A DNA stretch of 54,645 bases from a virus (Duplodnaviria > Caudoviricetes), in the IMG/VR virus record IMGVR_UViG_3300042562_001062, positions 1-54,645 of that record; one strand, given 5' to 3'. The first letter of the stretch is position 1. Each line of letters opens with the position of its first letter. Below the pieces are notes generated by a model that saw nothing but the letters and a program-made list of their open reading frames with translations, made no database searches and was not told where the DNA came from. Position numbers and translations under genes: made by a program. Positions 26,380 to 34,918 of the stretch are shown piece by piece.

Positions 26380-28080
26380 CTAGAAGTCGAGCGTCCGAAC
26401 GCCCTTCTTCGCCTGCGGTGCAGTGGTGTCGGGCCGCGTCGCCAGCCGGGCACGGCCCGACCACGTTGTGCGCAGCGCCTCGATCTTTTCTGCCGACGTC
26501 CTCGACAGCGGGATCACCTTGGATGCCGCCAACAAGATGTCGTCGGTGGTGACCTCACGCGCCCCGTCAGCGAAGGCGCTGAACATGGCGTCACCTTCGA
26601 TCGCCGCGGCAATCTCCGCACCGTTGAACCCGACAGTCGCATCGGCCACCGCGTGCAAGTCGATGCCCAGCTTTTCGGCGTCACGGCCATTGCTCCGCAA
26701 CGTCGCCGCAGTAATCGACGCACGCTCCGCCTTCGTCGGCAGGTCAATGAACCAGATGTCATCGAACCGACCCTTGCGAAGGAACTCCGGCGGCAACGCA
26801 GACGGATCGTTGGCCGTCATGCACACGAACGCCTGACCGCTGCGGTCCTGCATCCACGTCAGGATCGCACCCAACGCATCAGAGGACACGCCGCCGTCCG
26901 ACGAGCCACCTGTTGCACCTTGCAACGCCTTCTCAACTTCGTCGATGTAGACAACACACTGACCGATCGCGTCGATCAGGGCGAAGATCGACCGCAGCCG
27001 GGACTCCGACTCGCCGACATACTTGCCCTTCAAGGCGTTGATATCCAGACGCATCACCGGCCAGCCCCACTCCGAACCGAGGGCTTGGCAGGACAGCGTT
27101 TTACCGCAGCCGGAAACGCCGAGCAGCATCACACCCTTGGCGAGCTTCAGACCGTAGGCGCGGGCTTCCGGTGTGAAGGTCATTCGGGTGCGAGCCATCG
27201 CCTCCTTGAACAGGTCCAGCCCACCCACAGAATCGAACCCGCCGGGGCGAGGCTCGTAGTACGTCAGCGCCGGTTCACGGTTGATGAGCCGTTTCTTCTC
27301 CGCGCTGATCGCAGCCACGTCGATCTTCCCGCCCTCGATCAGCGACCGGGCGAACGTGGTCTGAACTTCCAGCGAGGACAGACCGACAGCCGCATCGACA
27401 GCCGCATCGCGGATACCGCCCTGGCTGAGAGCTTTCTTCACCGACGTTTGCAGCGGATTCGTGTCGGTGTTCGGAAGCACGCTGACCTGATTTTCCAGGA
27501 TCTCGTTGATCTCGTCCCGGTCAGGCAGAGGCCAATTGATCACGTCGAGTTCGCCGTTGGACAGGGCCGGCGGCGGCGGGTCACCGGCAGAAATGATGAT
27601 GATTGCCTGGGCGACGTTACGCGGGGTGCCTGACAAACCGTCGGGGCGCAGCATGTTGCGGAGTTTCCGCATGGTCACCGCACCGGCAACGCCGTCGAGC
27701 CACGGATTCAGGTCACGAAGAATCCAGACGTTTCGGTCGGCGTCGCTGTTGGAGATGTTGGCCTTCGACTTGTCCTCGATCATTTTGAGGATTTCGTCGG
27801 GGCCTTCCGCGGCGTTGTAGTCGGGGTTGCCGCGGACCGGGGAGCCGTCGATGTCGACTGCGCCGGTGGCGATGTCCCAGATGCGGGGCCGGTATCCGGC
27901 CTTGGCGATGGCCGGGATGAGGTCTTGCTCGGTGCGCGCTTCGTCTTTAGAGACGATCCAGAACCCGGCGCAGCGTGCCCTCAGAGCGAGTGTGATCGCT
28001 TGACCGGCTTTCTGGCCTCTGGTGGGGGTGTTGCGTTCTGCAACAGGAGTTTCTGCTGGTTTTGTTTCTGCGGTGGGCAT
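26380..28080 (-). CDS. AAA+ ATPase (Ycf46-like, inactive N-terminal AAA plus active C-terminal AAA)
   Basis: Walker A GVSGCGKT, Walker B VYIDEVEK, SRH TAN...LPPEFLRKGRFD. Confidence 0.9.
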   Translation of the reverse strand: MPTAETKPAETPVAERNTPTRGQKAGQAITLALRARCAGFWIVSKDEARTEQDLIPAIAKAGYRPRIWDIATGAVDIDGSPVRGNPDYNAAEGPDEILKMIEDKSKANISNSDADRNVWILRDLNPWLDGVAGAVTMRKLRNMLRPDGLSGTPRNVAQAIIIISAGDPPPPALSNGELDVINWPLPDRDEINEILENQVSVLPNTDTNPLQTSVKKALSQGGIRDAAVDAAVGLSSLEVQTTFARSLIEGGKIDVAAISAEKKRLINREPALTYYEPRPGGFDSVGGLDLFKEAMARTRMTFTPEARAYGLKLAKGVMLLGVSGCGKTLSCQALGSEWGWPVMRLDINALKGKYVGESESRLRSIFALIDAIGQCVVYIDEVEKALQGATGGSSDGGVSSDALGAILTWMQDRSGQAFVCMTANDPSALPPEFLRKGRFDDIWFIDLPTKAERASITAATLRSNGRDAEKLGIDLHAVADATVGFNGAEIAAAIEGDAMFSAFADGAREVTTDDILLAASKVIPLSRTSAEKIEALRTTWSGRARLATRPDTTAPQAKKGVRTLDF

Positions 28081-28163
28081 TTTCCTACTCTCTTTTTTCG
28101 TGGGGAATGGTGTTGCAAATCGCAACACCCGAATTGAAGGCAGACTTCGACCTTCTAATACCT

Positions 28164-28192
28164 ATTTTACCAGGTCAGGGCCTGTTTGTCAA
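28164..28192 (-). promoter_or_regulatory. SigA-type leftward promoter
   Basis: TTGACA-17 bp-TAAAAT. Confidence 0.8.
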
Positions 28193-28200
28193 TAGGGTAA

Positions 28201-28425
28201 CTAGCTTTTCTGGGCCTTGCTGCATATCCGCAGAGCCGATCGACCGATAACACCAATGTCGCCCGTAGCGATCATTTCCTTGGTGTTGTCGTTCCCCGCC
28301 TCCCAGCACATCAACAACGCATGTGCCGTCAACGTATCGACCAGCACGCCGTCGATCTTTTCGGCCTGACGATCTTTGACGATCCTCTTGAGAATCTTGA
28401 TCCTCACCGCGACTCCCTCTCCCAC
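28201..28425 (-). CDS. Hypothetical protein
   Basis: 74-aa ORF (IDGVLVDTLTA motif). Confidence 0.6.
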   Translation of the reverse strand: MGEGVAVRIKILKRIVKDRQAEKIDGVLVDTLTAHALLMCWEAGNDNTKEMIATGDIGVIGRSALRICSKAQKS

Positions 28426-28712
28426 GACGCCGCCCCAACTGTTGCGGAACGCAACACACTCACGTCCACATAGGACACGACATACCCCGGCAGGGGGGCC
28501 GGCAAACTCGGATCAGTCCGGTGACGCAACTCCGCAACAGCGTTTTTGTCACCCGCCGACGCGAACGCCCACAAATCCGACACCGACATTTTTCGGTAAG
28601 AGGTGTCGATGTCACGCACCAACACCTTCCCGTCCCTCTCGTCGTACATCACCTGAACGACCTGATCCGGTTCGACCTCCGCGAGATCCCCGGCTTTCCA
28701 CTGCGGCTCCAT
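28404..28712 (-). CDS. Hypothetical protein
   Basis: MEPQWKAGD..., SD GAAGG. Confidence 0.55.
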   Translation of the reverse strand: MEPQWKAGDLAEVEPDQVVQVMYDERDGKVLVRDIDTSYRKMSVSDLWAFASAGDKNAVAELRHRTDPSLPAPLPGYVVSYVDVSVLRSATVGAASWERESR

Positions 28713-28854
28713 CACACACCTTCTCCCTGTTGTTCGTTCGCCCACGCCTGACGCATCCTGTGCGGCCCCACCGGGGTGCAGTGATCCAGCATGGTCTGAT
28801 GACACGGTTCGCCCGGACGGGCACCGCAGTAGTGACAAGCCACCAGCAGCGGAT

Positions 28855-29097
28855 TCATCTACCGTCATCTTCTTTCTCCGCGTCCATCGCCGCTTCCAGG
28901 CCACGGAACAACCCCTGAATGACCTGCTGAAACTCCTTGCCATCCTTAGCGGCGTCAAGCGCCTCGGGCAGCGTCCGTCGGGACGGGTATCCCGACGCCG
29001 CGTCCTGCAGCCCCTCGTCGGGCACCGGCAAGGTGCCCCACGGGATGACCGGATCGGTGGGCGTGCCCATCAGCGGGGCCTTCTCGTTCTCGCTCAC
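28855..29097 (-). CDS. Hypothetical protein
   Basis: GTGA-coupled start MSENEKAP. Confidence 0.55.
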   Translation of the reverse strand: MSENEKAPLMGTPTDPVIPWGTLPVPDEGLQDAASGYPSRRTLPEALDAAKDGKEFQQVIQGLFRGLEAAMDAEKEDDGR

Positions 29098-29465
29098 TGC
29101 ATTCCCTTCTTCTGGGCGTTGCGTTTCGCAACACCCGCCAACTCTGCCAACGCCAACTCGATCATGTCGGGAAGCTTCTCGGCGCGAGCGTCGATATCGA
29201 CCACATCCACAATCGAATCGACACCGAACCAACCCTCGTCGCCGCCAGCGTCCGGATAGATGCCGATCGACCACCCCATATTGGGGTGCTCCGGATCGGC
29301 CTCATATTTTTGGCGCTCACGAAACCCGCACAGAGCCTCGTCGGTGGCGACAAGCCAATGCCCCGACTCCAGGCGGGCCTCCAACGCGCAACAACCACCG
29401 CCGGTCATCGCCTCCGAAAACGAGATACCGAACCGGCTGCGGCACTCATCCAGAATGTCGCTCAT
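29094..29465 (-). CDS. Hypothetical protein
   Basis: 123 aa, TGGGC.AL motif seen in actinophage small proteins. Confidence 0.65.
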   Translation of the reverse strand: MSDILDECRSRFGISFSEAMTGGGCCALEARLESGHWLVATDEALCGFRERQKYEADPEHPNMGWSIGIYPDAGGDEGWFGVDSIVDVVDIDARAEKLPDMIELALAELAGVAKRNAQKKGMQ

Positions 29466-29626
29466 CGGTCAATCCAGTCAGTCGCGCCCAGACCGATCAG
29501 CCCCGCCATCGCCACCAAGGTCCCGGTCAGGAACTCGGTGTCCGTGGGGGCGAACAAACCCGCGGACGCCCACATCGCCCCGAGCAGAATGGTGAGGAAA
29601 AACCCCACCCGCACACGATGCATCAT
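29462..29626 (-). CDS. Small membrane protein (54 aa)
   Basis: MMHRVRVGFFLTILLGAMWASAGLF..., coupled at both ends; read manually. Confidence 0.55.
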   Translation of the reverse strand: MMHRVRVGFFLTILLGAMWASAGLFAPTDTEFLTGTLVAMAGLIGLGATDWIDR

Positions 29627-29802
29627 TCGGTCACCGCCGCGTGCGCCGGTGAATAGCCCACCGGCATGAACACCGGATCGCCCACCAAACCCAACTGGGT
29701 CACATCGACCCGACCGAACGCCGGCCCGTCATCACCGGGACGCAACACCAAAGCGTGACGCCCATAGGTGTCGTCGAATGTTCTTTCTTCCATGTCGATC
29801 AT
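29623..29802 (-). CDS. Hypothetical protein (paralog of 30288-30512)
   Basis: TFDDTYGRHALV...PAFGRVDV. Confidence 0.6.
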   Translation of the reverse strand: MIDMEERTFDDTYGRHALVLRPGDDGPAFGRVDVTQLGLVGDPVFMPVGYSPAHAAVTE

Positions 29803-29852
29803 CCTTTCCTTTTTCGTGTTCCACGGCAGATGTTGCGAAATGCAACACCGCC

Positions 29853-30209
29853 TCATCCCTTGACCACCCGCGGCTCAGCCGAGGGTATCCACCCCGGCTC
29901 ATCCGGCAGCACGGTGGCATCAGTGACCGAATAGCGGTCGATCACTTCCAGTTCATCAACCCAGTACCCGCCCCAGCAGGAATAACTGCCGCACTGGAAC
30001 GGGACGTAATACCTGTTGTCGAAGAAGCCTCGCACCCGAGTCCACGACCCGTCAGCCTTGCGGTCCCCGTCACAGATCATGCGGGTAGCCGAACGCAGGC
30101 CTTTCCACATCCAGAAATCCTCCACGCACCCCTCGCCGATCGGACCCGCATGAGCGGAGGGAAGGGGGACCAGAACCATCATTGCCGATACAGCAAGCAG
30201 TCTTTTCAT
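29853..30209 (-). CDS. Secreted protein, mycobacterial CDGP-like domain
   Basis: Signal peptide ending AHA; RMICDGDRKADGSWTRVR and Y.V....V.PDEPGW. Confidence 0.7.
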   Translation of the reverse strand: MKRLLAVSAMMVLVPLPSAHAGPIGEGCVEDFWMWKGLRSATRMICDGDRKADGSWTRVRGFFDNRYYVPFQCGSYSCWGGYWVDELEVIDRYSVTDATVLPDEPGWIPSAEPRVVKG

Positions 30210-30287
30210 TCGATTTTTTCCTTTGTTCGATTCGGTTGATGACACAGCGAAAGCCGGTGTTGCGTCTTGCAACACCGGCTGTCACTG

Positions 30288-30512
30288 TCAGCAGGATAGA
30301 AGGAATGGCAGCGCGAAAGCCCTGACGTGGGTCGGTTTGTAACCGGGAGCGACCCGCGACGGGTGCAGACGGGGACCGCCGTTCTTCTCAAGGACAAGAA
30401 TGACATCGACCCGCCCGAACGACGGCTCGAACTCGTCCTCCGCGATGACCAAGGCGTGCCGCCCGTAATCATCGTCGAAAGTTTTCCGTATGCGATCAGA
30501 CAGATCGGACAT
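30288..30512 (-). CDS. Hypothetical protein (paralog of 29623-29802)
   Basis: TFDDDYGRHALV...PSFGRVDV. Confidence 0.6.
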   Translation of the reverse strand: MSDLSDRIRKTFDDDYGRHALVIAEDEFEPSFGRVDVILVLEKNGGPRLHPSRVAPGYKPTHVRAFALPFLLSC

Positions 30513-30844
30513 CACGCATCCCTCCCATCGAAACGGGTGGTCACCCGGCAATCCGACTGCAACTCGCGCCGCCCATCGACAGCGTTGCCCTTGTAGTCGT
30601 GATCCAACACCACATCGAACCACAACTGCCACCGATCCTCGGGGCCATGCCAGTCGTAACCGGCGCGGGACAGATCGACCGTCCCACGGTCGAGGTTGTT
30701 CGTGAAAACACGAAGACCCTGAACGAGCTTTTTTCCGTCGGTGGTGAACACCGGATCGCCGTCGGTGTAGACGCGGCGGCCGTACTCACCGACAGTCGGA
30801 TCAAACCGAGCCGGATACCTCGTTGAGGCGGGGACATTACTCAC
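30512..30844 (-). CDS. Hypothetical protein
   Basis: 110 aa, coupled. Confidence 0.65.
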   Translation of the reverse strand: MSNVPASTRYPARFDPTVGEYGRRVYTDGDPVFTTDGKKLVQGLRVFTNNLDRGTVDLSRAGYDWHGPEDRWQLWFDVVLDHDYKGNAVDGRRELQSDCRVTTRFDGRDA

Positions 30845-31155
30845 TTGTTTTCCTCCTTGTGTTCAGTGTTGCGATCTGCAACACGGATGGGCGTCAACCC
30901 GAAAGGCATTTCGGCGTTGTGCGGGTCGAGCAAAATCCCGCGTTTTTCGACAGAAACGACGTGCCGGGTGATACCGGGTGCCGGTCGGCCACCCGCTTTT
31001 TCCGCAGCAGCCCGTGACATGTGGAACGACGCCGAAACATCACCCGCATCGGACACGCGGATCACCGCGTGCGAATACGGCCGGCTGCTTCGCTTAGTGA
31101 CCGACACGACGCCGAACGTGGCGTCATGCGTGGTCGCCGTGATCGTGCCGGTCAC
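30841..31155 (-). CDS. Hypothetical protein
   Basis: 104 aa, coupled. Confidence 0.6.
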   Translation of the reverse strand: MTGTITATTHDATFGVVSVTKRSSRPYSHAVIRVSDAGDVSASFHMSRAAAEKAGGRPAPGITRHVVSVEKRGILLDPHNAEMPFGLTPIRVADRNTEHKEENK

Positions 31156-31469
31156 GAATCCACCGCGAATCCACCCATCTCGACCAGATACATCAGCCGT
31201 CTGATCGGCACCGCGTGCTCCATGCCGGTGACGCTGGTGATGCGGAGATACGCATCACGAACATCCTGATCGCTTCGGATGAACCCGAAGTTCTCGGGCG
31301 AGTTCACGACGTGCCGTGCGGTGCCCGAATGAATGGTGTGGCCGTCATCGCCCAACCACCTCACCTTGGCGCTGCGCGAGGCCGCGTCGGTGATGACATA
31401 CAGCTGGTGGATCTGCGGGACGGTGACGATGGACCCTGTTGCGCTTTGCAACACTTCGTTGTCGATCAC
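31152..31469 (-). CDS. Hypothetical protein
   Basis: 105 aa, coupled. Confidence 0.6.
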   Translation of the reverse strand: MIDNEVLQSATGSIVTVPQIHQLYVITDAASRSAKVRWLGDDGHTIHSGTARHVVNSPENFGFIRSDQDVRDAYLRITSVTGMEHAVPIRRLMYLVEMGGFAVDS

Positions 31470-31792
31470 TTGATAACTCCTTCTTCGGGGATGGACGCCA
31501 ACTCGGTTCCGTTGGCGCTGGACTTGTACAACTTCATGGCCTGAGCGCGCACCACCATCGCGTCAGCGACAGCCTCACGGTGAGCGCGGGCCGCAGTCGG
31601 GCGGTCGGGCTGGGTGAACCCGACCACCCGGCGGGTGGAACGCCGAACCTGAGGGCGCACACCCGCCTCGACCTGCGACAAAGCTTTGAGCAGGTCGGCG
31701 TGGCTGTTGTGGCGCGACCGCAACACCCAATGCCCACGCCACACGTACAGGTCGAACGACTCGACGGTGCGAGAAACCGTCATTCGTCCCAC
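31466..31792 (-). CDS. Hypothetical protein
   Basis: 108 aa, coupled. Confidence 0.55.
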   Translation of the reverse strand: MGRMTVSRTVESFDLYVWRGHWVLRSRHNSHADLLKALSQVEAGVRPQVRRSTRRVVGFTQPDRPTAARAHREAVADAMVVRAQAMKLYKSSANGTELASIPEEGVIK

Positions 31793-31992
31793 CCGATCCG
31801 GCGAACCGCACGGCCCATGTCGTAGGCCTCGTCCCGCACATCGCCGAACGTCAAACCCACGTCACCGCCGCCCTCGACGAAACCGAGGGCGGCGGTGCGG
31901 GGATGCCGGATGACGGCCCGCACGACTTCGGGGTTGCGAAACGCAACAGCCAGCAGATATGCGGCGTTCCACCGCACATCGGAGGCGCTCAC
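31780..31992 (-). CDS. Hypothetical protein
   Basis: 70 aa, coupled. Confidence 0.55.
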   Translation of the reverse strand: MSASDVRWNAAYLLAVAFRNPEVVRAVIRHPRTAALGFVEGGGDVGLTFGDVRDEAYDMGRAVRRIGWDE

Positions 31993-32357
31993 GAGCCGCC
32001 GCCGAGGACGATGCCGTCGAGGAAGTTGTCGCGGCGCAACGCGGCGACCTCCGCGCCGTCCATGTCCGACACGTCGTCGTCATAGTTGGACATGTTGTCG
32101 CGCCAGTTGCGGTTCAGCCGCTGGCCGTACATCGAATAGCACGCCCCGCACTTGTCGCAGTCGGTGTCCCGGCCGCTCGCGTGGACGGTCGTGCCGCAGT
32201 CACCGCACGGCCACTCGCGGTGCGTGTGAATCTTGGCGTACTTGCCGGCGGCATGGGCCTCGCCGCGAACTTTGTGCGCCTGGTCGTAGTCGGCGGTGGA
32301 AATGAGGCGGTCGCCTTCGCCGGTCCAAACCTCGTAGATTTTCTTGACTTCTTTCAT
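31989..32357 (-). CDS. Hypothetical Zn-ribbon protein
   Basis: CGDCG...CDKCGACY..YGQRL. Confidence 0.65.
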   Translation of the reverse strand: MKEVKKIYEVWTGEGDRLISTADYDQAHKVRGEAHAAGKYAKIHTHREWPCGDCGTTVHASGRDTDCDKCGACYSMYGQRLNRNWRDNMSNYDDDVSDMDGAEVAALRRDNFLDGIVLGGGS

Positions 32358-32551
32358 CTGTTTTCCTTTCTCGACGGTGTTGCGATCTGCAACACCAGGG
32401 CATGAGGGTTGAAGTACGACGGATGTGCCTGGTCGGGATCAGACGTCCATCCCCACGGCGCGTCGGTATCGGCAGGCCGGTACCACGTCACACCGTTGCC
32501 GTCCGTGCGCGCCGGGTACTCCAGATCGACGCGCCGGACAGGAACGATCAC
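32354..32551 (-). CDS. Hypothetical protein
   Basis: 65 aa, coupled at both ends. Confidence 0.55.
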   Translation of the reverse strand: MIVPVRRVDLEYPARTDGNGVTWYRPADTDAPWGWTSDPDQAHPSYFNPHALVLQIATPSRKENR

Positions 32552-32835
32552 AGTGCGGGCAATCCGCGGGCAACGCGGTCGGCGTTGAGCGCGTCGACGC
32601 GGGCGTCGTTGGCGTCGATGCGGGCGCGCAGTGCGCCCTGAATCTGGCGGATCGCACGGTCGAGGTATTCGTCGGTGATGTGAGTGTCACCGGCGCGTAG
32701 CGCCGCCAAGCCGTCGATCAGCAGGTGGCCGACGACCTGATCGGCGACGCGGACGATCTTGACCGTCGCGGCATCGAAAGCATCTTCGGCCTTGAGTAGC
32801 GCGACTGAAGTCGCGGTGATGGAGTTATCGCACAT
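32548..32835 (-). CDS. Hypothetical protein
   Basis: First gene after the 32918-32946 promoter; SD AGAGAGG. Confidence 0.6.
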   Translation of the reverse strand: MCDNSITATSVALLKAEDAFDAATVKIVRVADQVVGHLLIDGLAALRAGDTHITDEYLDRAIRQIQGALRARIDANDARVDALNADRVARGLPAL

Positions 32836-32917
32836 CGCTGTGCCTCTCTGTTTTCGTGGGGAAGGTGTTGCGATCCGCAACACCGGATTGAAGGCCCAAC
32901 TCTGACCTTCTAACTAC

Positions 32918-32946
32918 ATTCTACCAGGTCAGGGGCCTTTTGTCAA
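32918..32946 (-). promoter_or_regulatory. SigA-type leftward promoter
   Basis: TTGACA-17 bp-TAGAAT. Confidence 0.8.
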
Positions 32947-32991
32947 TGGGGTAGTAATACACAAGTCTTTGCCGGCGCGAACACCCGAGCG

Positions 32992-33032
32992 AAAAAAGGG
33001 GCGGGGCATTGCGAATCGCAACACCCCGCCCC
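32992..33032 (-). terminator. Intrinsic terminator whose stem contains the 17-bp palindrome
   Basis: Minus strand GGGGCGGGG-TGTTGCGATTCGCAATG-CCCCGCCCC followed by T6. Confidence 0.75.
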
Positions 33033-33038
33033 TCCCTG

Positions 33039-33287
33039 TCATCGCGCCTGAGCGCGCTCATACGCGGCGCGGGTCTCCGCAGCGATCCGCAACTGCCGCC
33101 GCAACACCGCGGCCTCCGCATCCAGCCTCTCCGCCCTCGCAAACAGGCGCTCAGACGCCGCGATCCACGACTTGATGTTGGCCTTGCGGCCCTTCGCATC
33201 GCAATCAGCCGCGAACCGCATGGCGCGGTCAATGTCAGCCTCCAAATCCGCGAGCTGGATCTGGATCGCGGCCTCGGTGGACGTCAC
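33039..33287 (-). CDS. Hypothetical coiled-coil protein
   Basis: GTGA-coupled start MTSTEAAIQ. Confidence 0.55.
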   Translation of the reverse strand: MTSTEAAIQIQLADLEADIDRAMRFAADCDAKGRKANIKSWIAASERLFARAERLDAEAAVLRRQLRIAAETRAAYERAQAR

Positions 33288-33481
33288 AGCAGCACCACGT
33301 TTTCCGGCGCGACCTTGATCGTCTGACCGGAGCGGTCCATCCTGACGTGGACGTAGACCCGGCCCAGCTTCGCCACCGTGCCGAACTGATCCCCACGCAT
33401 CCAACGATCCGTGGCCGGATGCAACTCCACCCGGTTACCGACCTCGAACTGTTCAAGCAGCAAATCCGCTTGATCGGACAT
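33284..33481 (-). CDS. Small SH3/KOW-like protein
   Basis: VGNRVELHPATDRWMRGDQFGTV. Confidence 0.6.
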   Translation of the reverse strand: MSDQADLLLEQFEVGNRVELHPATDRWMRGDQFGTVAKLGRVYVHVRMDRSGQTIKVAPENVVLL

Positions 33482-33711
33482 CACGCCGCCTCGCCCTCTT
33501 CGTCGGGGCGCGGCTCGGTGGCGTTCATGTCGATAGCATCCCACCCCATCTGAACCATTGCGTCCTCGATGTGATCGGGGCAAGCACCGCGCAACTCGCT
33601 AGGAGTGAACGCGGCCACAGCGAAACCCTTATCGCGCAGCAACTCCAACGCCTGCTGCACTTCGGTGGTCAGATCGCTGCTGACCTGTTCCAGAAACTCG
33701 TCATTCGTCAT
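33481..33711 (-). CDS. Hypothetical protein
   Basis: MTNDEFLEQ..., directly downstream of repeat element copy 1. Confidence 0.6.
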   Translation of the reverse strand: MTNDEFLEQVSSDLTTEVQQALELLRDKGFAVAAFTPSELRGACPDHIEDAMVQMGWDAIDMNATEPRPDEEGEAA

Positions 33712-33723
33712 GACTTTCTTCTT

Positions 33724-33813
33724 TCTCTCTTCCTTACCCCACGGCGGGATTGCCGTGGAGAGGCGGAAAGGGCCGGTGTTGCAATTCGCAACACCGGCCC
33801 TCACTGTCAGCGG
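33724..33813 (-). repeat. ~90-bp intergenic two-hairpin element, copy 1
   Basis: Minus strand: CCGCTGAC..GGCCGG-palindrome-CCGGCC-TTTCCGCC-hairpin CACGGCAATCCCGCCGTG-GGGTAAGG-AGAGAGA-ATG. Confidence 0.9.
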
Positions 33814-33817
33814 AAGA

Positions 33818-33895
33818 TCACTTCGGCGCGAACAACGCGAACACCCACAGGATGATCGCCCAGAACAGCATCGACAAGGCCACGAACTCCCACAT
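33818..33895 (-). CDS. 25-aa hydrophobic peptide
   Basis: MWEFVALSMLFWAIILWVFALFAPK; TGATG-coupled; read manually. Confidence 0.5.
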   Translation of the reverse strand: MWEFVALSMLFWAIILWVFALFAPK

Positions 33896-34080
33896 CAGCG
33901 CACCGTCTCAGTACGAGACTTGCTCTTGCAGGTCTCGAAGCATTCCTGCCACAAGCACGGCAGACCGCACCGGTCGCAAAGAACGCTCATCGGCTCACCG
34001 GGGGCATACCCGCCCAGGGCGCGAAGCTGCTTGATGTGACGCCGCCGCGCACTGCGGCGGTGGCTAGTCCTATCGGACAT
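33895..34080 (-). CDS. Small Cys-rich protein
   Basis: MSDRTSHRR...CDRCGLPC...CFETC; downstream of element copy 2. Confidence 0.55.
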   Translation of the reverse strand: MSDRTSHRRSARRRHIKQLRALGGYAPGEPMSVLCDRCGLPCLWQECFETCKSKSRTETVR

Positions 34081-34090
34081 GGCCGTTTCC

Positions 34091-34183
34091 TCTCTCTTAT
34101 CCCTTACCCCACGGCGGAATTGCCGTGGGGCGGCGGAAAGGCCGGGTGTTGCGAATTGCAACGCCCGGCCAAACCGTCAGCGG
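34091..34183 (-). repeat. ~90-bp intergenic two-hairpin element, copy 2
   Basis: Same layout as copy 1; second hairpin CCCCACGGC-AATTCC-GCCGTGGGG is perfect. Confidence 0.9.
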
Positions 34184-34254
34184 AACATTGACTCCTTAAG
34201 GAAAATCCAGATGACGCCCATCCCCCCTCCGACAAGGAAAGGAGTCCAGCTCAT
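34177..34254 (-). CDS. 25-aa hydrophobic peptide
   Basis: MSWTPFLVGGGMGVIWIFLKESMFR; ATGA-coupled; stop lies in the element; read manually. Confidence 0.45.
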   Translation of the reverse strand: MSWTPFLVGGGMGVIWIFLKESMFR

Positions 34255-34445
34255 CGCCCCTGCTTCCGGGCGTTGAACTCGGCCGTGCCGGCGGGGTGGC
34301 GCAGCATATCCCGCAGCTTGGCGGCCCGCTTCTCGCTCATGCCGTCGGCGACAGCACCGGCGAGCATACTTTCGGGATTCATCCCGTGCGCGATCCCGTG
34401 GCGCAGTCGATACACCAATTCGCCGTCAGGAACGTCGTCGCTCAT
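34251..34445 (-). CDS. Hypothetical protein
   Basis: SD AAGGAGG before MSDDVPDG. Confidence 0.55.
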   Translation of the reverse strand: MSDDVPDGELVYRLRHGIAHGMNPESMLAGAVADGMSEKRAAKLRDMLRHPAGTAEFNARKQGR

Positions 34446-34606
34446 CGAACGCCCTCCTTGACGTGAAGCTTCGCCATACGCGACGCCACCACAGACGTGG
34501 TGTGCGCGCCCACCCACTCGCAGTTGCGGCACACGGCCGCATACCGCTCAGTCGGCGGCTTCCCACGGATGAGCCTGATGCCCATATCGCCGTAGCTGCA
34601 CTTCAT
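34442..34606 (-). CDS. Small Zn-finger-like protein
   Basis: YAAVCRNCEW...AKLH; downstream of element copy 3. Confidence 0.55.
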   Translation of the reverse strand: MKCSYGDMGIRLIRGKPPTERYAAVCRNCEWVGAHTTSVVASRMAKLHVKEGVR

Positions 34607-34615
34607 CTCATTGCC

Positions 34616-34699
34616 TCTCTTTCCCTGACCCCGCGGCGGGATTGCCGTGGGGAGGCGGAAAGGCCGGTGTTGCGAAATGCAACACCGGCCCAACCGTCA
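34616..34699 (-). repeat. ~90-bp intergenic two-hairpin element, copy 3
   Basis: Same layout as copies 1 and 2. Confidence 0.9.
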
Positions 34700-34918
34700 A
34701 AGGGTGAAAGACTCCTGCCGCTGCAAGATTTCGGCGGTTTTCTGCTCTAGCATCCGGCCGTACGCGCCGGGTGCCGTCTCGTGCAACTCGGCGGTCAACT
34801 CGGCGAGCAGAGCCTCCGCACGCGCCAAGATCGCACGTTGCGTGGCGATCTGGCTGAGCAGCGAACGCTGACGGCGCTCCACCGACGTTTGCACGGCGGC
34901 GATGCTGCCGCGCTTCAT
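34697..34918 (-). CDS. Hypothetical protein
   Basis: 73 aa, ATGA-coupled to the XRE gene. Confidence 0.6.
   Translation of the reverse strand: MKRGSIAAVQTSVERRQRSLLSQIATQRAILARAEALLAELTAELHETAPGAYGRMLEQKTAEILQRQESFTL

Noticed and set aside
26344-27633. 429-aa + strand ORF
   Set aside because: Antisense shadow of the AAA ATPase in GC-rich DNA; no motifs.
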